From assembly GCA_946965045.2 (NCBI GenBank), contig OX337229.1, positions 5,332,001-5,396,000 of the forward strand: DNA of 64,000 bases, in the 5' to 3' direction. The translations under genes were made by a program, and so were the position numbers. The notes beneath the pieces are model-generated. The model saw nothing but the letters and a program-made list of their open reading frames with translations, did no database searches and was not told the origin of the DNA. Origin of the DNA: Epithemia pelagica (Eukaryota > Protista > Bacillariophyta). Positions within the stretch are counted from its first letter, which is position 1; every line of letters begins with the position of its first letter. Positions 19,794-30,230 of the stretch are shown here, in pieces.

Positions 19794-22700
19794 ATGGCAA
19801 CAACGACTGCCAATGGCTTGGCGACGAATCCGTTGCGGGAAGATGCCGTGTTACAGGATTTGCTGCAACAATTGGATTCGTTGCAGACCCATCGTGAATT
19901 TGGTCAGTGGAAGAATACATTTTTGGATCGTCTGGAAGGACAGTATTTGGATCCAGCCGGCTTGGACGCTGCCTCTGGAAGGTATCGTCAGCTAGGAACC
20001 TACATGACCAAACTTGTCAAGATCGTCAAGCAGTTGGAACAGTTGCAAAAGAATGGCAAGCTTCAAAAGGACAATGTCAGTGTCAAGGCGCATCAAACCG
20101 TCAGTAATCTCAATGAAACCATGAAATTGGCTTCCTCGCAGTTACGATCCCTCATTCCGGGGACAGCGGAGCAGTCGGTACAGTGGAAGTTTAACAAGTT
20201 TCACATGGGCGCTGTGCTGGTGCGAGATCATTTTGGAGAATACGACCGATTGTATCTGTGCGACAAAATCTTGAAGCATTTGCACCTGACTCTGGACTCG
20301 ATTGTCGATCACCAAGTACTCGATGAAATGAAGCGATTCAATGTCCAGTTGGAGAACTTTTGTGCCATTATGGCCGATTTAGGTTTGTACGATGCCATGG
20401 TCAAGTGTCATCAACTCAAAGTCGATGAAATTGCGGCCAGTGCGTCCGATGACGATGAAGTAGACGATTGTGACAAGGATGAAGAAGCAGAAGAAGAAGT
20501 GGAACAAAAAGAAGAACCCAAGAAGGAGGAGACTCCGCCACCAAGTCCTCCTCGGAAACCGAAAATACTCAAGACCTCGGCCGAAACAGACACGGAGGAT
20601 GAACAAAACCTTGATTATGATGAAATCTCTCTCTCGGAACATTCCATTTATTCATTGCGCAGTGACGATGATAAGGTTGCCTTTGACGGCGACACGAGTG
20701 TGTCCACAATGAATCATAGTTTCAATATGTACTATCAAGGAAATCCCAACGATTGGCGAATCGCACCGAAACGAAACAAGGACAAGGATGACAGGTCCAC
20801 CGCGTCCTCTCCGCGAAGTAACAAGCGATCGGGGGGCAATAGCAGCATCAGCAGCATTCACAGCAGTCCTCGAAGCGTGAGCTCCGCCAAAGAGCGCACC
20901 GCACGTCCCAAGCTATCCTCTCCTTCTGCTTCGCCTCGCAAAAAGAAACCTGTCTTGATTCCGGAAGAAAACGATTCCTCATCCTCCAGCGATAGCAGCA
21001 GCAGCAGTAGTAGCAGCAGCAGCAGTAGTAGCAGCAGCAGCAGCAGGTCAAGGGCAAAGGATTCCAAAAAGGTTGCGGTAAAGAAAAACAGGAATGGTAA
21101 AGCCACAGACACGCCCATGGAGGAGGACGAACAACCACTTCTACCAACTCAAAATGAACAAGAGACCACAACTAAACCGACGTCAACGGAGTCTCAGCGA
21201 CCAGGAACATTTCGAGGTGCTTCCTTTGGTGACTCGACTGACGAAGAGCAAGCCATGGCCGTTGAAGCCAAGGACCTTCGTCGCAAAGGAAGTCGACGAC
21301 CGGCAGGAGACAATGATCCGATGGACGTGGATGAGAAGGATACCGATATGACTAAAAAGAGCAATGCTAACGAAGACGACGAAGATGCCGGAACGCAAGC
21401 GTCCACGCCCTCATCGTCTGTTTCCCGATCTTTGCGACCAGGAGTGGAGCGGGGTAAATCATTTTTGCCGCAAGAAATGGCCAACATGGCGGCCATGGCG
21501 CCCACGTCCAGTGACCCATCTCGATCCACTCGTCCTGGTGTATTTCGAGGTGCCTCATACATGCAGCCGGACGATGATGATGATGGTGCTGAGGCCGCCA
21601 ATGACGGTCCTCGGAGCATGCCTTCTACCCGACCTGGGGTCTTCCGTGGAGCGTCGTACCTGGAGCCATCGAAGGACAATGATGCATCCTCTCCATCCAC
21701 CTCTTCTCCTCGGGCAATGCCTGCGAAGAGACCGGGTGTCTTTCGTGGTTCTTCGTACATGGAACCATCGAATGATGATGACAATGAAGCAGTCGACGAT
21801 GGAGATGACAACATGCTGCAGCATGTCGCGCCAGTGACCATGCGACCTGGCATGTTTCGCGGTGGATCGTTTGACGGGGATTCAACCGATGAAGAAGTTG
21901 ACCGAACAGAAGAGTCGCCCACTCGGCGCCGAGGAGGTCGACGGAATCCAGAACAGAGCCCGACCAACAAAGCCATTACAAATGCTAGCGACCCTTATAC
22001 CAAAGAGAGAACATCTCCAACATCCAAGGCTGGCAAACTGGACTCGCATTCTGGAACAGAGAGCAGCGACAATGACCCTTACCGGAAGGAGTCAGCAATG
22101 CCCTCTCCAGACGCAAAGAAGTTTGACCTTCGGCTTGGATCGGATCCACTGAATGGATCTTCGACAACGATTGGAGTTCACCATTCTCGGGAGGTCATGA
22201 ACGACCACGACCCTTACCGGAAGGAGTCAGCAATGCCTCCTCCCGACGTTAAGAACTTTGATCTTCGGCTTGGACCAGAAAAGCTCAATGGATCTTCGAC
22301 AACTATTGGAAAGTTTCAAGCAAACTATCCAGACGAAGCCTTCCCTAACAAAAAGAGATACGCGCCAGTACGCGATGATAGCATTCATGAAACTCCAATG
22401 CCCAAGCCGGTGATCAAGAAATTTGATATTAGTGTCGCACGGAACCCCATCAAGCCCAGGGGTCTGGGTCGTCCAGACAGTGACAATGACGAAGATACAG
22501 ACGACAAAAGTGTTCAAACCGACACGGATGACACGGATGACTTTGGTGACGATGAAAGTTATCGTCGTCGCCGCTTTAACAAAAATAAGAATCTCCCCGA
22601 TCGAGGTGACACTGACGATGAAGATGAAGGGAAGTCACGTGATCCAAATCTGAGACGAAAGGGCGGAATTCGAAGACGAGACAAGAACGGCAAAGACGAA

Positions 22701-25118
22701 GAAGGCCAAGATGCCAACGGTTCCGAAAACGATAGTGAGTTTGGTGATGACGATAGTTATCATCGTCGCCGCTTTAACAAGAATAAGAACCTTCCCGACC
22801 GCGGTGACACGGACGACGAAGACGAAGGAAAAGACTCCAATCTCCGAAGAAAGGGTGGCATTCGACGGCCAGGAGAGGAAGGGGAAGGAGAAAATGCCGA
22901 CGCAGAAGGCGCCAACGGGGATGGTGACGAAGATGGCGAGTTTGGTGACGATGATAGTTATCATCGCCGCCGCTTTAATAAGAACAAGAACCTTCCTGAT
23001 CGTGGTGACACAGACGACGAAGACGAAGGCAAGGATCCGAATCTCCGACGAAAAGGAGGCATTCGACGACCGGGTGAGAATGGAGAAGACGGAGAAGGAG
23101 AGAATGCTGATGGAGAAGGCGCTGACGGTGACAACGAGAGTGACTTTGGCGATGACGATAGTTATCACCGTCGTCGTTTCAATAAGAACAAGAACCTTCC
23201 CGACCGTGGGGATAGTGACGACGAAGACGGCGAAGGAAAAGATCCCAATCTCCGACGAAAAGGAGGCATTCGACGGCCCGGAGAAGATGGCGAAGGAGGA
23301 GAGACTGCGGATGGAGAAGGCGCTGACGGTGACAACGAGAGTGACTTTGGCGATGACGATAGTTATCACCGTCGTCGTTTCAATAAGAACAAGAACCTTC
23401 CCGATCGTGGCGATAGTGACGACGAAGACGGCGAAGGAAAAGATCCCAATCTTCGACGAAAAGGAGGCATTCGACGACCGGGCGAGAATGGAGAAGACGG
23501 AGAAGGAGAGACTGCGGATGGAGAAGGCGCTGACGGTGACAACGAGAGTGACTTTGGCGATGACGATAGTTATCACCGTCGTCGTTTCAATAAGAACAAG
23601 AACCTTCCCGACCGTGGCGATAGTGACGACGAAGACGGCGAAGGAAAAGATCCCAGTCTTCGACGAAAAGGAGGCATTCGACGACCGGGCGAGAATGGAG
23701 AAGACGGAGAAGGAGAGACTGCGGATGGAGAAGGCGCTGACGGTGACAATGAGAGTGACTTTGGCGATGACGATAGTTATCACCGTCGTCGTTTCAATAA
23801 GAACAAGAACCTTCCCGACCGTGGGGATAGTGACGACGAAGACGGCGAAGGAAAAGATCCCAATCTTCGACGAAAAGGAGGCATTCGACGACCGGGCGAG
23901 AATGGAGAAGACGGAGAAGGAGAGAATGCTGATGGAGAAGGCGCTGACGATGACAACGAGAGTGACTTTGGCGATGACGATAGTTATCACCGTCGTCGTT
24001 TCAATAAGAACAAGAACCTTCCCGATCGTGGCGATAGTGACGACGAAGACGGCGAAGGAAAAGATCCCAATCTTCGACGAAAAGGAGGCATTCGACGACC
24101 GGGCGAGAATGGAGAAGACGGAGAAGGAGAGAATGCTGATGGAGAAGGCGCTGACGGTGACAACGAGAGTGACTTTGGCGATGACGATAGTTATCACCGT
24201 CGTCGTTTCAATAAGAACAAGAACCTTCCCGACCGTGGGGATAGTGACGACGAAGACGGCGAAGGAAAAGATCCCAATCTCCGACGAAAGGGTGGCATTC
24301 GACGGCCTGGCGAGGACGGTGCTGAAGGAGACATTGCGGACGGAGAGGGTGCCGAGGGTGCCGAGGGTGCCGATGACGGCGATGGTGACGATGATAGCGA
24401 GTTTGGTGATGACGATAGCTATCATCGCCGCCGCTTCAACAAAAATAAAAATCTTCCCGACCGTGGTGACAGCGATGATGACGAGGACGGCAAGGATCCC
24501 AACTTGAAGCGAAAAGGTGGCATTCGTAGAGATGGAGAGAATCAGGACGAGGATGCCGAAGATCCCGCTGCCGACGACAATGATGAAAGTGAGTTTGATG
24601 AGGACAATAGTGAACATCGTCGTCGGTTCAACAAGAACAAGCACCTCCCGGATCGTGGAGACACGGACGATGAAGATGAAGCCAACCGGGACCCCAATCT
24701 AAGACGAAAGGGTGGCATTCGCCGTGACGGGGAAGGTAAGGACGATGCCGATGGAGCTGTGCCATTCAATGCCGAAAACAAGGCTTCTTCGAATACCAAG
24801 GACAGTGACGATGAAAGTATCGATTCGTCCGAAGATGAGCGTGAACTGGAAAAGAAACGGTCGGCCATTTTGGATTACAATTTGGAAGAAGCCAACTACA
24901 AGCGTGAAAAGTGCTACATGTGGTATGCTCGGTTGGGACAGCCCACACGGGATCAAATGCGAAAACTGGTGCTGGGTCTCCCACCATCCTGTGAGATTTC
25001 AGTCGATGACGTGGATCTCCTTCCCTGGATTTTGGGTGGATTAACCTGTGATGTGCGAAAAATGACGGCCTTGATTGCGGGAGATTTGGAATTGATTATG
25101 GATCGGTTGCAACAGTAG
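19794..25118 (+). CDS. 1774-aa largely disordered repeat protein with helical N-domain and compact C-terminal domain
   Basis: Uninterrupted 5.3-kb ORF; several repeat tiers; C-terminal CYMWYARLGQPTRDQM...DDVDLLPW domain. Confidence 0.9.
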   Translation: MATTTANGLATNPLREDAVLQDLLQQLDSLQTHREFGQWKNTFLDRLEGQYLDPAGLDAASGRYRQLGTYMTKLVKIVKQLEQLQKNGKLQKDNVSVKAHQTVSNLNETMKLASSQLRSLIPGTAEQSVQWKFNKFHMGAVLVRDHFGEYDRLYLCDKILKHLHLTLDSIVDHQVLDEMKRFNVQLENFCAIMADLGLYDAMVKCHQLKVDEIAASASDDDEVDDCDKDEEAEEEVEQKEEPKKEETPPPSPPRKPKILKTSAETDTEDEQNLDYDEISLSEHSIYSLRSDDDKVAFDGDTSVSTMNHSFNMYYQGNPNDWRIAPKRNKDKDDRSTASSPRSNKRSGGNSSISSIHSSPRSVSSAKERTARPKLSSPSASPRKKKPVLIPEENDSSSSSDSSSSSSSSSSSSSSSSSRSRAKDSKKVAVKKNRNGKATDTPMEEDEQPLLPTQNEQETTTKPTSTESQRPGTFRGASFGDSTDEEQAMAVEAKDLRRKGSRRPAGDNDPMDVDEKDTDMTKKSNANEDDEDAGTQASTPSSSVSRSLRPGVERGKSFLPQEMANMAAMAPTSSDPSRSTRPGVFRGASYMQPDDDDDGAEAANDGPRSMPSTRPGVFRGASYLEPSKDNDASSPSTSSPRAMPAKRPGVFRGSSYMEPSNDDDNEAVDDGDDNMLQHVAPVTMRPGMFRGGSFDGDSTDEEVDRTEESPTRRRGGRRNPEQSPTNKAITNASDPYTKERTSPTSKAGKLDSHSGTESSDNDPYRKESAMPSPDAKKFDLRLGSDPLNGSSTTIGVHHSREVMNDHDPYRKESAMPPPDVKNFDLRLGPEKLNGSSTTIGKFQANYPDEAFPNKKRYAPVRDDSIHETPMPKPVIKKFDISVARNPIKPRGLGRPDSDNDEDTDDKSVQTDTDDTDDFGDDESYRRRRFNKNKNLPDRGDTDDEDEGKSRDPNLRRKGGIRRRDKNGKDEEGQDANGSENDSEFGDDDSYHRRRFNKNKNLPDRGDTDDEDEGKDSNLRRKGGIRRPGEEGEGENADAEGANGDGDEDGEFGDDDSYHRRRFNKNKNLPDRGDTDDEDEGKDPNLRRKGGIRRPGENGEDGEGENADGEGADGDNESDFGDDDSYHRRRFNKNKNLPDRGDSDDEDGEGKDPNLRRKGGIRRPGEDGEGGETADGEGADGDNESDFGDDDSYHRRRFNKNKNLPDRGDSDDEDGEGKDPNLRRKGGIRRPGENGEDGEGETADGEGADGDNESDFGDDDSYHRRRFNKNKNLPDRGDSDDEDGEGKDPSLRRKGGIRRPGENGEDGEGETADGEGADGDNESDFGDDDSYHRRRFNKNKNLPDRGDSDDEDGEGKDPNLRRKGGIRRPGENGEDGEGENADGEGADDDNESDFGDDDSYHRRRFNKNKNLPDRGDSDDEDGEGKDPNLRRKGGIRRPGENGEDGEGENADGEGADGDNESDFGDDDSYHRRRFNKNKNLPDRGDSDDEDGEGKDPNLRRKGGIRRPGEDGAEGDIADGEGAEGAEGADDGDGDDDSEFGDDDSYHRRRFNKNKNLPDRGDSDDDEDGKDPNLKRKGGIRRDGENQDEDAEDPAADDNDESEFDEDNSEHRRRFNKNKHLPDRGDTDDEDEANRDPNLRRKGGIRRDGEGKDDADGAVPFNAENKASSNTKDSDDESIDSSEDERELEKKRSAILDYNLEEANYKREKCYMWYARLGQPTRDQMRKLVLGLPPSCEISVDDVDLLPWILGGLTCDVRKMTALIAGDLELIMDRLQQ
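20976..21044 (+). repeat. Poly-serine coding microsatellite (TCC/AGC/AGT)
   Basis: Encodes a ~23-codon Ser run with one Asp. Confidence 0.9.
22539..24725 (+). repeat. Coding tandem array, 11 units of ~200-225 bp (central units 207 bp = 69 aa)
   Basis: Eleven copies of RRRFNKNKxLPDRGD...LxRKGGIRR; central units are nearly identical at DNA level. Confidence 0.95.
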
Positions 25119-26481
25119 AGAGAACTTTGGCAGCAGCGTGTCGAGTTGCTACTCACTGTGAATGAATCCCTACCAAAGAGCACCGAAACAGCAGGCCTAA
25201 GTCGGTATTACATTACGTGTACCTTACAAGAAACACGTGAACAATACACTGCAATACAGTCCTCGAATTCATGTCATCCTCTGTGATTCCATTCTGTACG
25301 CGATACATTCTAGTTTTGTTTCAGCAGATATGCTTGTAATAGAATGGGTGACGGATTCATATCACCTACTACTACAAAATTCAACTTCGGTAGTTGTTTT
25401 CTGTTTGCTAAATCCAAATTCTGGATCACACCACTAGCCTCGCAGACGAGTGAAGGAATCGGCTATTATACAGAACTTGGATGTAGGACCCTTGGAGTCT
25501 TGTGTCCACCTCGTTCCACACACTATAGTCTCTAGAGAATAGCCAAGCGGCTATAATACCGTCCTATCCGTTTGGATACAGCACAGATGGACGACAACTA
25601 TCGAAGTGCAGGAGGTTCGTCCAGAGATATATGGGTTCACCACCTTTTTTTCAACGCGTTGGATTGGTGTTGCTGCGTACTACAAAAATCATTTGTTTTG
25701 GATTTGTGGGTTTGTTCCGTTCATGTGTGTGTCGTTTTGGTACGATCTCCTCCTCTTACATGTAGACTGAGAGATCCTCCGATGGATCGTGTGTAGCCGT
25801 TCGGTTGCTTGGTCCATGAGATGGAGATGGAGATGCGTATGCGTTCGTCCATACTCATCATCTCTGGACACATTCCATTGTTTTGAAGATGGTGTCTTGT
25901 CGTTGTCGGAGGGCGTCTTTCTCATGGTTTGTCCAAATGACGGACATGAAAGGGCACGCGCGCGAAACAGAGTCTTTTCGGCGAACGGCTCTATGTTTGT
26001 TCGCGCGCCCGCAGTTCGGGTCGTTCGGTGTGTGTGACCGGTCGGTGTTCGGTGTCCTTCAACGGAAAACGGGCACACTCAACCTTGCAGTATACTGTTT
26101 GGATGTAGAGTAACGACAGAGCCGACTACTGTTTCGATGAGACTCATCGAATTCAAATTCTCCATGAGAAAGATGGTCGTGGGAGGATCCACGACACCAA
26201 CAACCAACAACGACAACTTTTTTGTTGGTGTGGGTGGGTGTGTATTGTTTGTCAATGGTCCTGGAACGACGCAACAACAACGACAATATAGTACATCGAG
26301 AGAACCAAAAAGGACCGGCTCTACCAAAAAATCATTGATTGAGTGCAAACGAGGGGGATCGTTGGGCCACTCGAAAAAAGAGAGGTTGCGCAGTGTGACA
26401 GTGTCACGGCCAAAACTGTGAGAGGACAAAGAACCCGCATCACCATCACCACCCATTCCTTGTATCAGTATTGGGATTATC

Positions 26482-29400
26482 ATGTTGCGAGGAATTCGTC
26501 GTGCCATTCGGCGCACTCCCAACAACCACAACAATAATGGAGAACCGGAACAGGAGACGACCAAGAAACACCATGCCAGCAACCACAAGAAGAAGAAGAA
26601 TCCAAAGACCAAAAAGATGAGACGCACCAAGAACCAACCGGTACTCGAACCAACGGAGCGATCCGAAGAACCACATCCTGTGGTGGTGCCGAGTATTGGG
26701 GATATTCCCACAGCCAGTACGACTTCGGACATGGAAGAAGACCCGGTGCACTTGATTCCAACTCCTGCACCACCACTCCCCGAACGCACTGCTGCTCCTC
26801 CTCCTACAACAACCCAACAATCTCCTCGATCGACTCCACCACCCGCACCCGTCTCGACACACGTTTCTCCTCCACCCGTACCACGGTCGTCCATACGATC
26901 TCCCGTCGAGGAACCTCCTCGATCCGTGGCAAGTCCGGTCAGTCAAGATGACAATTCCTTGCAGTATTCCTATCCGAGTCATCACATGGGATCGGCTGCC
27001 TCCTTGCCCTACGCAGTCGCCGTCTCCCCTGCCACCACCACGGCCGTTCCCTCCACCAGTACCGGGGCCGGGGTCGCACCGTCTCCGATACTCCAACCGC
27101 CACAACAAGTCATTGCGTCGCACCACAAGCAGCAGCCGCCACCGAAAAGCCACCACTGGTTGCCCCAACCCCTTCCAGCGCCTTTGTCGCAAGCCGCCTT
27201 GGCGGCGGCCGTGGCTCCCGATGCCGCTCGGCGGTATAGTATTTGTTCCTATACCGATTCCGAAGATGGCGGTGTCACCATGGACCCCAGTATTTTGTCG
27301 TCGGCCAGTTCCTTGACGGCCGATGATTTCACCTTGGCCACGGTACCGCCGGGCGGCGATCCCATTGTCGACGAACCACAGGCCTATGTCTCCCTCTTGG
27401 GATTGGCCCTCAGCAGCGATGACGATGACGAGGGCCACAATTTGGCCACGCATCCCACCGACAAACTCGTTGTGGTTTGCGATCCGCAAACAGCGGCAGC
27501 ACACGACGACGACGATGCGGAGGACGAGGAGCGCTGGTCGTGGACCAGTAGTGGGAATCCTCGTCGGGCCACCTTGTATCAACCATCCAGGACCACGCCC
27601 ACGTCCGTGTCGTCCTCCTCCTTGTCGCAAGTTCATCGACTCAAGTCCAAATCCCTCCTCCACACCACCACCAAAAAGGACTGGAACGATGTCAGTACCT
27701 TGGCCTCGACCTCGCTGGCGCCCACTCCCACCAGTCAGGCGGAACCACAAGTTGCATTGCCTCACCAAGATGGTCCCCAACAACACCCGGTGGTGGACGA
27801 AACCACTGCCCCCGATCAACCGGTGGAACATGGCATAGATACTGCCAAACAACCCGTGGAAAATGGCAAAGATGCCGCCGAGATTACTCCAACCGATGCC
27901 GTGGATGCCCCCTTGCCCATGTGGGCGCTTTTGCCGTCGTGTACCAATGGAGACGAAGAAGAAGATGTTGTTGTTGTAAGTAAGACAAACTCCACGAGTC
28001 CCCAAGAGGTAAAACTGGACGATCGAAATGTGACCTCCCGTAGCATTCGCGGTGCCAAGGAGACGATGGAAGGCAAAACCAAGGAACAGCCGAAACCGTC
28101 GGCAAAGTCAACCAGCCACCCCAAGGCGTCCCGTTCCGTGGACGCTCCATCCGAGGAGGGCAAACTACAAGGCACAAAACGAAAACCACGAAAAGGAATT
28201 TCCACCATTTTTCGGGGCCTCCGACGAACCAATTGTTCTCCCCCCAATGTCCAAGACGTGGCGGAGGAAGAGGCACGAAAACCCCACGAGGCGGCGGAAC
28301 CAGCTCCGGCGGAACGACAACAACGAGTGGGTGTCTTGAAACGACGGCGCAAGCGGTCGCAAATGAGTGCCTCGGTCACATCGGCCCTCCAGTCGGCCGC
28401 CGAAGCCGATGCCCGTGGCGAAACTCAAGCCGAAGCACCATCCCAACGTCGAGTGGAACCAACCAAGCCCGAACGCAAGGTGGAGGATCCACGAACTGTG
28501 GCACTCTCCCATCAACAGCAACTTCAGGTTCGATCCAGTCCCGACAAGAACTCGTCCGTTTCGTCCTCTTCCTCGTCGACCACCACCTTTCGCATTGTCG
28601 GAGTCGTGGATCCTCCGTCGCACAACACGACTACCACCAAACCAAAGGAAACGCGCGTCGCGGCCCATCCCATGACCATTCGGACCACCCTGACCGACAA
28701 GGACCTCGATACTTCGGCATCGTCGTCCTCGGCCCTGGTGGTGCGCAGTCCACAGAAAAAGACTCGTCGTCGTCGAAGCAGTCGCTATTCGACCCCGGCC
28801 ATTGAACAAGCGCGGTTGAAAAAAGAGGCGGCCACCAGTCGAGCCTCCCAAGTCAAGTCTTGGAGTACGACATCGTCCTTGTATCAACAACCACCGGGCG
28901 AGAATGTCACATGGTTTGTCTGTGTCGAAACCGATGATCCCGTGACGGCCGATCCCTTTGTCATGCTCCCCGTACGATCCAAAGACGAGGATGCCTCGTT
29001 GACCGATCCCGAAGACTTGATTCTGTTACAAGATGAAGAGGATGAGGAAGAAACTCCGGAAGCAGCCGCCGATTCTGGGTGTTCCACGCTGGTACCCTTT
29101 TGTTCCTTCATGCCACATGTCCAACAAACGTCCTTTGCCTGGAAACCGTCCACGACGGGTTCCACCGAAACCAAAATGTTGTTTGGATTGGAGTGTACCG
29201 ATGGAACCCGACTGCGTGCCAAGCTCTTTTCGACCGACCGTCTGGAACGACTGGTCCAAAAAGACGGTGCTTCCCGCGCCTTGGTGGTCCATGCATCCTT
29301 GGGGGGAAAGGAGGGAGGAGCACTGGTTCCCGTGGAATCGTCACACGAGGTAACGTATCCTTTCGAGAGGGTTGTGCTTGTTGTTGTTTCGGGTCACTCA

Positions 29401-29800
29401 CTTTGTGCGTTTTGTGTGTTAGGTTCCGGAACTGATTTCGTCCGATGACGATGAAGGACCACGCAAGCCACCAACGCTGGGTCGGACGGCCACGGATCCG
29501 TCCGAGTTGGCACTGATATTACAAGAAAATGGGGACGATGAAGAGCGGGAACCACCGGCGGATTCGTCGCGGAACCCTCCCACCACGTTGGTACGGTCCA
29601 CGACACATTCTCGGGTCATGTCCAAGAAACCATCGGCCGTCCTGTATCATCCCAAACCGTATCGGTCCACCACTGTGGTGGGACATGCCATGGAAGCCCT
29701 CCAAGAGTTGGAACAACGCAAGACACATTTACGAGTACGACTGCGAAAGACATGTCCCACTGAGAGCAGCAGCAGCAGCAAGCTCAATACTACCGTTTGA
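26482..29800 (+). CDS. Pro/Ser/Thr-rich low-complexity hypothetical protein, 2 exons (intron 29350-29422), ~1081 aa
   Basis: Long ORF from ATG 26482. Phase-0 intron GAG|GTAACG...GTTAG|GTT joins it to the 29507-29800 frame. Confidence 0.75.
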
Positions 29801-30230
29801 GGCACGAGTGTGGGGAGGGCGAGCTCGAGGGGATAAAACTACAGTAGCTTGCTATAATATACTACTTGCTGTTATGAAACAAGTGGCGTTGCGTATACAA
29901 TAGAATGATGCTAGTTGTAGCGGATACCAGTTGCTCAGTTGTGGTGTAGTGAGATCAAACAAGTGTAGGACACTTCAGAGCTTCATTCCACAAGAGTCAT
30001 GGGAGTACCAATCTGGAATATCGAACTGCCTCCATCAGGATTAGGGATGTCCAAACTCCCTTCCACCTCTGGAGTTCTGCTACGTACCAAATTCACCTTT
30101 CTGGTTTTGTCTCTGGAAGATCGAACTCTGTAATTTGAGAATGTCCTCTTACCCAGCAGGGAATGACTGTCATCCCTTTTATCACTGTTGAATTTTGCGC
30201 GCAGTATTGGGCTTGCCGTGCAAGAAAAGG

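Noticed and set aside
22635-24644. 669-aa minus-strand ORF and 598-aa alternative-frame ORF (22711-24507) over the tandem array
   Set aside because: Shadow frames kept open by the repetitive GAC/GAT/GAA-rich coding array; they start and end with the array.
22539-24725. Possible CRISPR-like or satellite array
   Set aside because: Units are ~207 bp, in frame and protein-coding, with no unique spacers and no cas genes.
26079-28890. Long minus-strand ORFs (26079-26894, 26446-28005, 27816-28379, 28165-28890)
   Set aside because: Antisense shadows of the GC-rich low-complexity gene at 26482-29800; no motifs.
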